Source: an uncultured virus (IMG/VR IMGVR_UViG_2634166398_000002)
Lineage: Duplodnaviria; Heunggongvirae; Uroviricota; Caudoviricetes
DNA: 64,000 bases
IMG/VR virus record: IMGVR_UViG_2634166398_000002
Direction: 5' to 3' (one strand)
Position 1 is the stretch's first letter, and each line of letters starts with the position of its first letter. Both the position numbers and the translations under genes were made by a program. Of this stretch, positions 52,006-62,465 are shown piece after piece. A model generated the notes under the pieces. It did not search any database. It was not told the DNA's origin and saw nothing but the letters and a program-made list of their open reading frames with translations.

Positions 52006-52677
52006 TCATTCAGGCGTATAGCTTATATCCAATTCAAAATCACATTTCGGATGCAGCCTCCAAATTTGATGTCCTAAGTATGTTTTCCTAGCGTAATTCA
52101 GACAGTTCCTTGTCCCACTTATACTTCCGTCATAAACAGCTACTATTGCTTCACTGTGATCAATCATGTATTCATTTCGTTTTTGCATTTTAGCCGGTGA
52201 AAACTCACCTGGTACAGCTCCACTAACTTTATATTTATCTAATTCTTCAACATTAATAATCTCATCTGCCACATCAAGCATACGTTTGTACCACATTTTT
52301 TGTTCTTCAGACCACACTTTATCTTGTTCTTTGAAAGATGTTGCAATTATGTTTTTAATATGTGGGTATTTCTTCTTTAGAATATGTACACACCAGCAAG
52401 CAGCCTGATCAGTTCCTAACGCTCCACCAGTTATGAAACTGGACTTGTTTTCCTTAGTGATTAATTCTTCAATTACTTCAAGCAGCTTATCTTTGAGTTT
52501 AAGCATTGTTGGATTTTTCATATCGTATCCACCCAATTTGTTCGGCCTATGACCAGTGAAGCACACCGTTTTCTTTCTTAAAGTCTCCTTTTTTTGATAT
52601 ATCCGCTCACGTTCATTTCTTTCAATTTCCATCTGCTTAATATATTCAGGATCACTAAGTTTTTTGAAAGTGACTAT
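52006..52677 (-). CDS. yoqJ: SLOG/YspA (DUF1273) family protein; probable ATA start
   Basis: CFTGHRP, TGGALGTD, MQKRNEYMID and VYDG..SGT motifs. Confidence 0.82.
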   Translation of the reverse strand: MVTFKKLSDPEYIKQMEIERNERERIYQKKETLRKKTVCFTGHRPNKLGGYDMKNPTMLKLKDKLLEVIEELITKENKSSFITGGALGTDQAACWCVHILKKKYPHIKNIIATSFKEQDKVWSEEQKMWYKRMLDVADEIINVEELDKYKVSGAVPGEFSPAKMQKRNEYMIDHSEAIVAVYDGSISGTRNCLNYARKTYLGHQIWRLHPKCDFELDISYTPE

Positions 52678-52786
52678 CGGTTCTCACCCTTTCTTTAAAA
52701 CAGTCTTTTTATTGTGACTGTATAGCTTCAATTAAAAATCTCTTTCCTTCTTGTTTACAGTTGAAACAGCCAAGTCAAGATTAACA

Positions 52787-54655
52787 TTACTTTCTTTCAT
52801 ACATTTGTATAACTTGATGTGCTTCGTGCTCTGAAAGCAGACCGCCCCCATTAAAACGCCTAACTATTTTTCGTTTTGCTTTACTGAGTGGAGACAAGCC
52901 ATGTTTTTTGAACAAATTTGCGATATATTGTTTTTGTTTTGGTGTAATGAAATGGGGACTATATACTCGGTCATCTTGTCGTAAATAAGCTTGTAGGTTA
53001 GCTTTTAACTGTTCACCTTGTCTTACTGCCATATGAAGATGCATATTTTCTTTATAGACTTCTTTCATATGATCTACTTGCCTTTTCAAATTTTCATTTT
53101 CTTCCCTTAATTGTGATTCCGTCATCTTTATTTCCCCTCCTTTATATCATCTGAAGAACATTTTACTTTTTATTCAGTTTAATAATGCTTGACAAACCCA
53201 CTTGTCTACCCCATCATAAATTTCGACTTCGCAGAGTTGCCCTTTTTCATATTTCCAAATTCCTTGATATTCATCATTAAGTACGTCGAATTCTTTAGTT
53301 TCTTCATCAATTAATTGCGATTCTACTAGCTCACACATATAGTCTCCAAACTGGACAACGACCGCTTCTAATGTTTTGTTTCTGTCATAAACAACTCGGA
53401 TATCTTTCACTTTATAACAGCTCCTTTTCATTAAAAACTCAATTAGATCCTATTTTTAATCCCAATTAAAATGTTTGGGTCTAGCGACAAATTCGTAATT
53501 CTCCTCCCAATCAAATTGTTTTAACCCATCTTCTTCAAATTCCCAGCATTCACCGAGTGAAGGATCGTCAAATTCAGGAACTCTTTTTTTTAATGTTCGA
53601 AGTTTGTTGAAATGGCTAGCTGTTTTAAATTTAACTTTATCCATTGGTGCAAATTTCATCTTTCCATCAACCTTTCTCTTTAAAATTTTATTCTTTATCC
53701 AATCTTAGATCATTTTGGGATTGTTAATTATCTTATTAAAGCAGTTGTCAGTAACTTCAATTTTCGGAAGTAAGATTTCACCCGCTTCTGTGCTTGAGGC
53801 CCAATTCACTTCTTTAAGGCTGGTAATCATTCCTTTTTCATCAATGGAATACTGAATAGCAATTTTATCAGCCCCACATTCATATCTTTGTCTAATCTTC
53901 ATCGCTAAGCCCCCTGCTAAACTTCAAAAGTTTTGTGTTTACCCCTTAATCACTTAATTTTAATATAGCGTCTGCCGACTCCGAAGTCATTCTTTTCTTA
54001 AAACTTCAACTTCATTCAATTTCTTCAGAAAAACGCTCTTCTTGAATTACAGATTCTCCCTTAGTATTCACTATTCCAATTTGTAAAAGAGAAGGTGAGT
54101 TTGCCCAAGACTCTCTTTCCATCTCAAGCAACGAAGATAATTTTTCAATTTTCGCATTTGCCTTTGCTTCAATTTCTTTCTCCATCCTCATGAGAACATA
54201 CTCTCTATGTTTTGCATGGTACTCGATTCTTTCTTCACATAATCTAAGCTCTTCTTTGGCCTCTGAAAGCAAGAAGTTTAATGCAACTTGTTCCTGTGTT
54301 TGATATCTTCTCATATAGCTCCTCTTTCCATTTACAAATCTCCTAAAATGGTTTTACACCACTCGTTTATATCTGTTGAAATCTGATCAATTTCAAACAA
54401 CTTATCCTTTAAGATTTCTTCACCGTCCTCCGCATTAAAGCTTGCCAATCGTTCAAGTTGCTTTGAATAGTGCTTAATCTTTTCAATGCTTAATTCTAAA
54501 TCCAAGGAACCCTTTTTAAGTTCAACCTCACCCATGTACTCCATTGTTGAACGAGTCCCGCATATTCCACAAAACGCTCTCTGTCTCTTATAAAATTTAT
54601 CAATAATAGTGGTATGGCCGCAGCCAGTTCTGCAAATGTACTTGTAATGTATCAA
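52787..54655 (-). CDS. Run of small hypothetical ORFs (52787-53125, 53174-53431, 53456-53659, 53705-53902, 54012-54314, 54332-54655 zinc ribbon)
   Basis: Co-oriented ORFs with RBSs; last has CRTGC...CGIC. Confidence 0.55.
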
Positions 54656-54703
54656 AAAATCTCTTCCTTTCTTATTCCAATGAAATTTTACTTTTAATCT
54701 AAT

Positions 54704-56902
54704 TCATCTTGTTTCCTGGGCCACAGTTTCTTTTTCAAAATCGTTTCTCAATTTGATAATGGAGGTTGATTTTAAATACCCTCTGTCCTTTGTCTTAGCC
54801 CATGCGAAAAATCTATTGTGTAAAGGAGTATAAAGGCTTCCTGTGTTAACCATATGCTCATGTTTGTTGCTGATCTTATGCTTTAATCCCCTCATTTGTT
54901 TCCAAAAGTTATAGTAAGGGAGCTTAAGTTTTGTCATGAAGCCGGCAGCATCTTCAATTACATAACCCTCTTCCTCAATTGAAAAATCTTGTGACACGTC
55001 CAGATACCATCTATAGAAATCTGTCCAGTTACTAAACTCTGCAACTTGTTTTTTACACTCAATGTTTAGATGCTCGGCTACAGCTTTCAATTCCCAATAA
55101 GGAAGTTTTGTATACGCAACCTGCCTTTTAACAATATCTAAAAGCACCAGTTTATCTTTGTCGTATTCAATGATATGCGGGTCTTTTTCTGGAAGTATTA
55201 CTTCAAAAACGAATGAAACATTGTTAAGCATCAGGTAAGTTTTGATAAAAGACACTTGATTTTCATTAAAAGATTTGAAAAACAGTTCTTCGACCCATTT
55301 CGCATGTTCATTTGATATTTGTGACGTAAAGGATTTAGAAGTGAATACCAACTGATCTGACAAAGAGTCATACCCTACAGTTCCTAAATATCCATTTGCC
55401 TTATCGAAGACTGTTACTGGAAATTTCATCGTATCTACGAGATGATGCATTCTTGTTTCAGATCGTTCTCCAATGTTGAAAAATTTATCATAGCTTCTGC
55501 TTACAATTTCATTGCTCTCAGTGTTAATAAACAAACCTCTTGCCTTAATATTTGTTTCATCCCACTTTTTCTTTCTAAATGCTTGCTTTGTAAAATTAAA
55601 TGATGAGATATTGTTTGGCATTTTATTCTCTTGCACATATTCATGACCACGTAAGTGGGAAATCAATTCATCAATTGTTCCAACAGTTGCGCTGTTACTC
55701 GGTACTTCACTTGAAATTTGTTTAAAGACTTTATTCTTCACTTCATGCGTTTCAATTCCGTTCTCAGACAGTGTAACGACTCTAAGATGTCCTCCTCTTT
55801 CCACTTGCCCTTCCAGGTTATATGATCTATCTGCTGCTACCACAGGCAGACGGTACATGTTTCTATGTCCATGAATCTGTACAACATTTTGACCTGCAGT
55901 ATTATTTGCAAATTCATAATCAATATCGTCTGAATAATCTCCAACTCCATTGATGAATTGTGTTGTTGCAGTCATCAAAAGATTTTCTGGTACGGTTGAA
56001 ACTCCGCCATGGGTTACAATGTATGTAGTGTTTTTATATGTAAAGTAAGCTAACTGATGAAACTTTCTGGCCAGCTGTCTAATATCTTTTTTATCAATGT
56101 TGGATTGTTCGATTTCTGGCTTAGTTTTGTTGTTAAATGTGTTGCTAGGTGTTTCTTCATCATTCCCATACATATTGATATATCTATCATGATTTCCTTC
56201 GAGAATAATCACATTTTTATAATCTTTAATTTTGATCATGAATTCTAACAGCTGTGCATTTTCAATACCTCTGTCGATAAGATCTCCTACAAAAATGTAT
56301 AGTTCATTTTCATTCAAATCACCGTTTAAGTACTCTTGAAGCACAGTATTACACCCATGAACATCTCCGAAAATATGGATCTTTTTATAATCGTCAAAAC
56401 ATCTCGGCTTATAAGTCATCGTGTTTTCAAACTCATCTGGTTTTAGAACAGTTACCCAAGATGGCACTTTTTCTGTTGTCATTCTTTCATAAATATTTAG
56501 AATATTGCTTTCAGGAACATGTTTATGTTCAGCCCTCATTTTATTTCTTTTTAAGATTCTCCGAACATCCACATCAGAAAAATCAACTACATATACACGG
56601 TATCTATATTTTTGAGCTAGTGGCTTATATCTTGAAATCATGCTTTGCTTTGAATGAGTTGCATCGATAATTGTGAATTCACCGCGATCCATCCTATCTT
56701 CAAGCAACTTTAGTAATAAATCCCACACCTTGTTGTCGTGTTTTGGAGAGATTTCATATTTTCCACTTTTGTTTAATACAGGTGACTGAAACAGCAGTCT
56801 AATGTTGTCTGCAGAAAGAGTGTATTGCTCAAGTCCATTTTCCTTAATCCAAGTTGATTTCCCCACTCCTGGGCAGCCTCTTAATAACACTAATGTTCTC
56901 AA
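54704..56902 (-). CDS. Trifunctional RNA-repair enzyme: polynucleotide kinase, metallophosphoesterase and Rnl1-like RNA ligase
   Basis: GCPGVGKS/DAT kinase; GDVHG, GDLIDRG, GNHD, HGH phosphatase; ARGL, KFFN, KANG, EGYVI, KLK ligase motifs. Confidence 0.85.
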   Translation of the reverse strand: MRTLVLLRGCPGVGKSTWIKENGLEQYTLSADNIRLLFQSPVLNKSGKYEISPKHDNKVWDLLLKLLEDRMDRGEFTIIDATHSKQSMISRYKPLAQKYRYRVYVVDFSDVDVRRILKRNKMRAEHKHVPESNILNIYERMTTEKVPSWVTVLKPDEFENTMTYKPRCFDDYKKIHIFGDVHGCNTVLQEYLNGDLNENELYIFVGDLIDRGIENAQLLEFMIKIKDYKNVIILEGNHDRYINMYGNDEETPSNTFNNKTKPEIEQSNIDKKDIRQLARKFHQLAYFTYKNTTYIVTHGGVSTVPENLLMTATTQFINGVGDYSDDIDYEFANNTAGQNVVQIHGHRNMYRLPVVAADRSYNLEGQVERGGHLRVVTLSENGIETHEVKNKVFKQISSEVPSNSATVGTIDELISHLRGHEYVQENKMPNNISSFNFTKQAFRKKKWDETNIKARGLFINTESNEIVSRSYDKFFNIGERSETRMHHLVDTMKFPVTVFDKANGYLGTVGYDSLSDQLVFTSKSFTSQISNEHAKWVEELFFKSFNENQVSFIKTYLMLNNVSFVFEVILPEKDPHIIEYDKDKLVLLDIVKRQVAYTKLPYWELKAVAEHLNIECKKQVAEFSNWTDFYRWYLDVSQDFSIEEEGYVIEDAAGFMTKLKLPYYNFWKQMRGLKHKISNKHEHMVNTGSLYTPLHNRFFAWAKTKDRGYLKSTSIIKLRNDFEKETVAQETR

Positions 56903-56950
56903 ATTCTATCAACCTTTCTGATTTTTATTTGTTTAAAATGCATCTTTTAA

Positions 56951-57379
56951 TCACTTCATTGCGGCATAGTTCTCAAAGAATTCTTCAACTGATCTTAGGT
57001 ATCGGTATTTATTTGGATCTTCTGGATTTCTAAATCTTTTCGATAACACTAATGACCAATTAAGCATCAATGGAGAAAACCTCGCCCATTTACTAACGCT
57101 TAACTGAAGACCTTTCCATTCTCTCCCCGCTAATTCCGCTAACTCTAGAATTTGATCTTCTTTTAAATTTACTTCTTCATCAAACATTACTTGAATTTCC
57201 TCGTATGGTTTATGTCCAAAACAACAGTGGCGTGTTTTCAATCCAATCTTGAAATTCAAAATATCAATTAAATTGATCATTTGTGTATCAAGCTCATCAT
57301 AGGGTATACCATTTGCAATGAATTTTTCTCTTTGATTTGATTTCACATTATCCTCCAGCAGATTTAAATTCTCACTCAC
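56951..57379 (-). CDS. Conserved-looking phage protein
   Basis: LD...LN...KTRHCCFGH segment. Confidence 0.6.
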   Translation of the reverse strand: MSENLNLLEDNVKSNQREKFIANGIPYDELDTQMINLIDILNFKIGLKTRHCCFGHKPYEEIQVMFDEEVNLKEDQILELAELAGREWKGLQLSVSKWARFSPLMLNWSLVLSKRFRNPEDPNKYRYLRSVEEFFENYAAMK

Positions 57380-57534
57380 TTCACCCCCTCCTTAAAAAAT
57401 GTCTTCTCACACTCTTCACATAAAGGCGGGTGAATAGGAAGCCCCTTACAGCCGCACATATAGCCATCACAACACATAGTCATATCTACATCCGTCATCT
57501 TTCCGCATTTGATACAAGGAACTATCTCACTCAT
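57376..57534 (-). CDS. 52-aa, eight-cysteine metal-binding protein
   Basis: [12 protein letters not shown]...CCDGYMCGC...CEEC; coupled by overlaps at both ends; not in the ORF track. Confidence 0.6.
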   Translation of the reverse strand: MSEIVPCIKCGKMTDVDMTMCCDGYMCGCKGLPIHPPLCEECEKTFFKEGVK

Positions 57535-57734
57535 TCCGCACCCGCCTCAGTCCAAAACAATGTCTCATTCGTTATTTTTTCCACTTTATAATTTTTGAGG
57601 TAGTTATTATTTACGTATTCCTCTGCGTATTCCAATGCGGTTTTATCATCATTGGCGCCGAAACTGAAATGCTTCCAACCGAACTTAACTTCGTACCAAA
57701 GCTTATATTCAATACGTTTTACATCAGCATTCAT
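57531..57734 (-). CDS. Hypothetical phage protein
   Basis: 67 aa, ATGA-coupled. Confidence 0.55.
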   Translation of the reverse strand: MNADVKRIEYKLWYEVKFGWKHFSFGANDDKTALEYAEEYVNNNYLKNYKVEKITNETLFWTEAGAE

Positions 57735-58165
57735 TCCGCGCCCTCCAATAACTCATGATTTTGGTAAACGTCGCCGATGACTTTATTTGTCGCCGTCTCA
57801 GAAAACAACGGTCGGCACTCTTCTTTTTTCTCATTGACGATGCACCATGAGCCGTCAATCATTTTCACTTCGCCTATGAATGGCTGCGGCTCATACAAAC
57901 CGCCAGGTGCTGTTTCCTCCTGTTCAACGATGTCACCCGCATAAATTCGCTTCAGTCTCGAGTGTGTTTGAAACTGATCAGTTCCATTCATGAGAACGGA
58001 TTTTCCGTCTCCGCTGTGTGCGATCACACCATAACCTCCTAACCATACAGACCATCCGAAAACTTTTCCTTCAATTGAACCCAATTCACCGATGGAAAGG
58101 CATATGCCTTCATCACCGCAATAACACATCTGCTCGCCGTCCCAAACTCTATATGCTGTGTTCAC
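57731..58165 (-). CDS. YopX-family protein
   Basis: YRVWD...IYAGDIV...KVIGDVYQN. Confidence 0.75.
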   Translation of the reverse strand: MNTAYRVWDGEQMCYCGDEGICLSIGELGSIEGKVFGWSVWLGGYGVIAHSGDGKSVLMNGTDQFQTHSRLKRIYAGDIVEQEETAPGGLYEPQPFIGEVKMIDGSWCIVNEKKEECRPLFSETATNKVIGDVYQNHELLEGAE

Positions 58166-58700
58166 AATTCCCTCGCCTCCTTTGGGTTTACGTTACACAT
58201 TTCCTTCAACACATCAACAAACTCTTTTTCGCTCATGTTCAGCGGTGTGTACCACTTTATTACTTCATGAAACGGCTGGAGATAATTCACCAATGTATCT
58301 TCAGCATCTTCCCTGCCTTTTGTTGTGCCAGTAAAATTATTTAAATAGTCTTCACGCGTCATATTTATGTGCGTCGGACAGTCAACCACTGAACTAAATC
58401 GGCAGTACCGTCCATTCGGCTGCTTAGCGATTAATGCACCCATGTTATTCCCCCTTACCTGAATCTCTATAAAACTTACATTTTATTTTTACTCTTAATA
58501 CATTCATGCTGATTCACAACATCACGGAGTATGTATTGTATTTCCTCTAAATTGTCTTTAACAAAATCCAAGTCCCCAATTGCCATTCTGATTTCACCAT
58601 TATCTATGCTGCGTAAAGACCTTTCACATGATGCTAAGAGCTTTGCATATTTCCTTAAAACCATTGTTCTTATTTGATTATTAGTTGGTTCATTAATCAA
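58162..58700 (-). CDS. Two hypothetical ORFs (58162-58443; 58476-58700)
   Basis: ORFs with RBS. Confidence 0.55.
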
Positions 58701-58735
58701 TAACTAAAGCTATCTCCTTTCCTTATTCTAATTCG

Positions 58736-58785
58736 ATTATATAACCTCAACCAAATGTTGTAAATACTTATTTTATTTTTACTCT
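58736..58785 (-). promoter_or_regulatory. SigA-type early promoter with upstream repeat element
   Basis: AGAGTAAAAATAAAATAAGT then TTTACA-17-TATAAT. Confidence 0.7.
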
Positions 58786-58808
58786 AAATAATTTTAAAAA
58801 AATCAGCT

Positions 58809-59428
58809 TTACTCATACTGTAAAGCTGCTGTCTTCATAAACGTCTTCATGCCGTCCAGTTTCCAAAGAGTTTCATTTATTTTGTCTCTAAATTCTAAAA
58901 CTGAAGCATGATCCATTCTAATCCTCAAACAATCCCCATTGTTTTTAAAAATAATCTCTATGTAGTAATCTCCACTTTGTATGTTCTTAGAACCAACACT
59001 CATGGAAACTGATCTCATAATGTCTTTCAAGTCAATTTCAAGATTAAAATCCATTGTATGCTCCAGTCTGACTAAAAAGTCACCAATTTTTTATGTCTCA
59101 TGATGACTGACAAGATGTGTATGTGCATTTATTTTATTGATAACAGCTGAGAAGATTTATAGCCTTCATTTTCAAACGAATCGTCTATTTCTTCGGCATA
59201 AGAGGTTGTTATTTCTGCATCCTCTGTACACATGATGTCTACATCAAATAGTGCCTCATATTTTTCTTGATCTTTTTGAAGAAACCCCATTTTCCCTGTT
59301 TTATTTCTTAATTTCTTTTTAATTGATTGATATGCGAACAAAAGTGCTTCCTCTTCATTCTTGGCTTTTATTCTGCCGAAAAAAGGTATGCACAGCTCCC
59401 CTTGAATGAAATAATCCTTTTCTGACAT
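58809..59428 (-). CDS. Two hypothetical ORFs (58809-59054; 59129-59428)
   Basis: Downstream of a promoter with a DinR box. Confidence 0.55.
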
Positions 59429-59457
59429 ACGTTTCCCTCTCTCTGGTAGTAATTAAC

Positions 59458-59516
59458 CGAACTTACGTTCCCTTTTTTGTTGACTTAATTATAACCTTTT
59501 ACCTAGTTAGTGGCAA
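59458..59516 (-). promoter_or_regulatory. SigA promoter (TTGCCA-17-TATAAT) with downstream LexA/DinR box
   Basis: CGAAC-TTAC-GTTCC at 59458-59471; -10 at 59488-59493; -35 at 59511-59516. Confidence 0.7.
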
Positions 59517-59593
59517 ATCTTTTTTCTTTCATTTAAAAACTTGGAAAGAATTGATATAGTATGATAAGCAATACTATAACAGGAGGTTGTCCG

Positions 59594-59815
59594 ATGCTTG
59601 AGGTTGAAATCGGACAATGTTTGATATCCATTCTCCTTGAAAGTAGAGGAATGTCCTTAGGAGAACTTTCAAAGCGAACAGGCATTAGTACGCAAAGATT
59701 AAGTGACTATGCAAACGGCTTTAGACCTTCCATGAATATAAAAACGGCTAAAATCATTGCTATTGCACTTAACTGTTCGATTGAAGATCTCTATGAATGG
59801 AAAATCAAACATTGA
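59594..59815 (+). CDS. yopS: XRE-family HTH regulator
   Basis: AGGAGG RBS; HTH ending LNCSIEDLYEW. Confidence 0.8.
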   Translation: MLEVEIGQCLISILLESRGMSLGELSKRTGISTQRLSDYANGFRPSMNIKTAKIIAIALNCSIEDLYEWKIKH

Positions 59816-60035
59816 CTTAAACGCTAGGGAGTTTGGCCTAGCGAACCTCCTTGTACCCTTTTCAGGGTATAGAACTATTTTACTGCATATGTACAAATTT
59901 GTCTCTGTCTAACTTTGTCGAATTCTGAAAAATATGAACAAAATCCTGGTATTTTTTAAAAAATATCACGAGTTAATTCATATTGTTTTTATTTTTACTC
60001 TAAAAGTTATGTAAAGTTAATCCCTGTAACAGGGA

Positions 60036-61019
60036 TTAAGAATTAGCCTCAATTACTTCAGACTTGATACAATATTTTTCTAAGTTCTCCATATTCACTA
60101 CTTTCCTCAGTGATTGTGAATTAAACTCCGCGTCTTCATTCAGGAATCCATATTGTCGAGTTATTTTTTTATAATCAGGTACTTTTAATTCACCCTTCTC
60201 TTTATATATCTCATACGCCATGTTGAGCTTTCCTGAGTTGATAAGATTTTTAGGTGTAAAGAAAGGTTCTTCTAAAAATTTTTGAAATTGACTAAAAGAA
60301 CGGTGAACTAAAAATTTGTCAGCTTTCATACTCTGATTAGAACTCTTATATTTTAGCCTAAAAATATTTTCGCTTTTAACTAATGTGACAAATTTGTTTT
60401 TAAGGCCACTATCTGGAGAACCATTGCTAAGATGATATGTTCTTTGGTCATTAGCACGCTTAAGCAACTCATAACATTTATCACTTACAGTAATTATTCT
60501 TATACCATGTTTATCATCTACCAGCTTCACCTTGTTATCATCGAGTAAATCGTCACCTGTTAAATTCAGTAACTCAGAATGCTGATAACCATCTATACCT
60601 TCATAAATAGCCTGTATCATGGCCTTATCCTGATAATTAACCATAAAATCAACATACTCTTCTACTTCTTTATTGGTGAATAGTGTTTTTTTGTTTTTGT
60701 CTATAAACTGCTTTAGGTCACCATCCTGTATCTGATACACTTTGTTAATATTACTGTTTGCCAAGCCATTTTCCATTGCCCATGTTGTGTATTGTCCAAT
60801 TACAGCTCTTGCTCCTCTTAGTGAATCTATAGATTTGCTATCTAAATCTAAAAATAACGTACGCAGCTCTTCTAAAGAAAAATTAAATATGTCTTTTTGA
60901 AGTATTTTTTCTGTAGCTGAGAAATCCCTTAGCCTTAGCCAATAATGGTTTCTTGTTGCTTCACTTTCGTATTTCTCTAAAAACTTTTCCTTCAATTCAG
61001 CATTATACATTTCACTCAT
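60036..61019 (-). CDS. yopR: Master repressor with degenerate tyrosine-recombinase fold (MrpR/YopR)
   Basis: [11 protein letters not shown] start; YEGIDG..HSELLNL and PKNLINSG replace the catalytic R and HxxR; synteny. Confidence 0.8.
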   Translation of the reverse strand: MSEMYNAELKEKFLEKYESEATRNHYWLRLRDFSATEKILQKDIFNFSLEELRTLFLDLDSKSIDSLRGARAVIGQYTTWAMENGLANSNINKVYQIQDGDLKQFIDKNKKTLFTNKEVEEYVDFMVNYQDKAMIQAIYEGIDGYQHSELLNLTGDDLLDDNKVKLVDDKHGIRIITVSDKCYELLKRANDQRTYHLSNGSPDSGLKNKFVTLVKSENIFRLKYKSSNQSMKADKFLVHRSFSQFQKFLEEPFFTPKNLINSGKLNMAYEIYKEKGELKVPDYKKITRQYGFLNEDAEFNSQSLRKVVNMENLEKYCIKSEVIEANS

Positions 61020-61039
61020 ATTAAATTCTCCTTTAAGCT

Positions 61040-62389
61040 TTAAACAACAGCAATTTCATCATAAAATATTCTCTTTAGTTTCTTCTTCATAGCAGTCTTC
61101 AGTTGATTTTCATTATTTCGTCTTCCTAATTCTTCAAACACTCTTCCGCTCTTACTAAAGTCAATTGTATTAAGGATACTTTCAAGCTTGTTTAGTTCTA
61201 CATTGTTTTCCTTCATCTTCTTGGCCAAATAAACATAACCGTAAAACATTACGTTATGATTAATGTATGATTGCTTTCTAATGGACGATAAATCATCTTC
61301 AAGAAATTCATCTGGGAAGGCATAAAAAAGGTTATCAAAAAAGTCGACCAGGTATTTCGCAATTTTCAACGCATCTTTTCGAGATTTCAACTCAAATGCA
61401 TCGTCTATAGCTTCGGATAAAGTATAATATGTCACAAGGAAATTGCTATCGATACCAATTTCACTTTGTGGGCTTATTTTATTTTTAAGTTCACTTTTAA
61501 ATTTCAGCTGCTCGACAACTGTTGAAGAATACCGTTTTTGCCCTAATTCTTCAATTCTGGATTTTTCAACTGGGTTTATTGTGTTCATTTGAGCAAAGTG
61601 AACCTTAGCCTTTTCTTCATCGTAATTGAGTACATTTAAAATGAATGGTTGATCCAATTCAGGGACTTCAGCAATGGCCTTAACAATACCTGAAATTCGA
61701 TGGTATCCATCTAGAGCATCTAATAAGGTTCCGCGTGTTACAGTGAGGGTTTGAGTGCTTGGATCATATTCAACTTCTTCATCACCATCAGATGTTCCAA
61801 GACGAGCGTTAAAAGTTAACATTGATACAATTAAATCACCTTTGATAAACAATTCTTTGATCTCATCAACTGATTTAGGATTTGTTTTAGGGACAGGAAT
61901 AAGACTGCCTTTAATATACTTTCCTTCACGCTGAGTGTTGTAATTGTACTGCAGGATGGAGCTATTATATAACTCACTAAGTTCTTTGGCAGTAATGGAA
62001 GTGACATAGTTATCCTCTTTGATTTTAATCACATTTTTAAACTTGTATGGAAGCTTAACTACTTCTTCACCGGCGAATACTCTCCCACCTTCAAGCTCTT
62101 TTGCCAATCTGGTTGGAAAATAATTTGACGGATCTAAAGCTGGCGCCCCGAGAATTGAATACATCTCTTTTGAAACAATGTACACTTCTTTTTCGTTTAA
62201 ACGCTGTACGTTATTATCATTATTATTTAAAATTTCTTGGATATAACCAGGGAGGGCCTTGTATTTTTCCGCCATCGTAGCTTTTAATTCCTTCACCATA
62301 TTGGAATCATCTTTAATATCAATAAGCCTTCCCTCTATTTCAGTTTTTAACTTATAAAGTTTATCCGTTGTCAACAAAACTTCAGACAC
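61040..62389 (-). CDS. yopQ: ParB/DndB-like repressor-operon protein
   Basis: YNYNTQRE and LDGYHR motifs; synteny. Confidence 0.75.
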   Translation of the reverse strand: MSEVLLTTDKLYKLKTEIEGRLIDIKDDSNMVKELKATMAEKYKALPGYIQEILNNNDNNVQRLNEKEVYIVSKEMYSILGAPALDPSNYFPTRLAKELEGGRVFAGEEVVKLPYKFKNVIKIKEDNYVTSITAKELSELYNSSILQYNYNTQREGKYIKGSLIPVPKTNPKSVDEIKELFIKGDLIVSMLTFNARLGTSDGDEEVEYDPSTQTLTVTRGTLLDALDGYHRISGIVKAIAEVPELDQPFILNVLNYDEEKAKVHFAQMNTINPVEKSRIEELGQKRYSSTVVEQLKFKSELKNKISPQSEIGIDSNFLVTYYTLSEAIDDAFELKSRKDALKIAKYLVDFFDNLFYAFPDEFLEDDLSSIRKQSYINHNVMFYGYVYLAKKMKENNVELNKLESILNTIDFSKSGRVFEELGRRNNENQLKTAMKKKLKRIFYDEIAVV

Positions 62390-62465
62390 ATTATCACCTC
62401 ACATAATCATATTAAATTTATCATTATTTTCATAAGCAAGTAAAGCTTTTATATGATTATTTGTA

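Larger units (their letters stand above)
3459..58485. repeat. Dispersed 16-bp palindrome TAAAA-N6-TTTTA at gene boundaries (~23 copies seen)
   Basis: Exact copies at 3459, 13773, 22537, 22852, 24858, 25747, 26752, 27721, 49065, 50824, 52696, 56934, 58470. One mismatch at 4846, 5929, 6333, 6556, 8179, 14631, 20853, 43228, 51703, 54681. Confidence 0.8.

Noticed and set aside
59816..60035. Cluster of short hairpins between yopS and yopR as a CRISPR-like array or ncRNA
   Set aside because: Hairpins are unrelated in sequence with no repeat-spacer periodicity; most simply terminators of convergent genes
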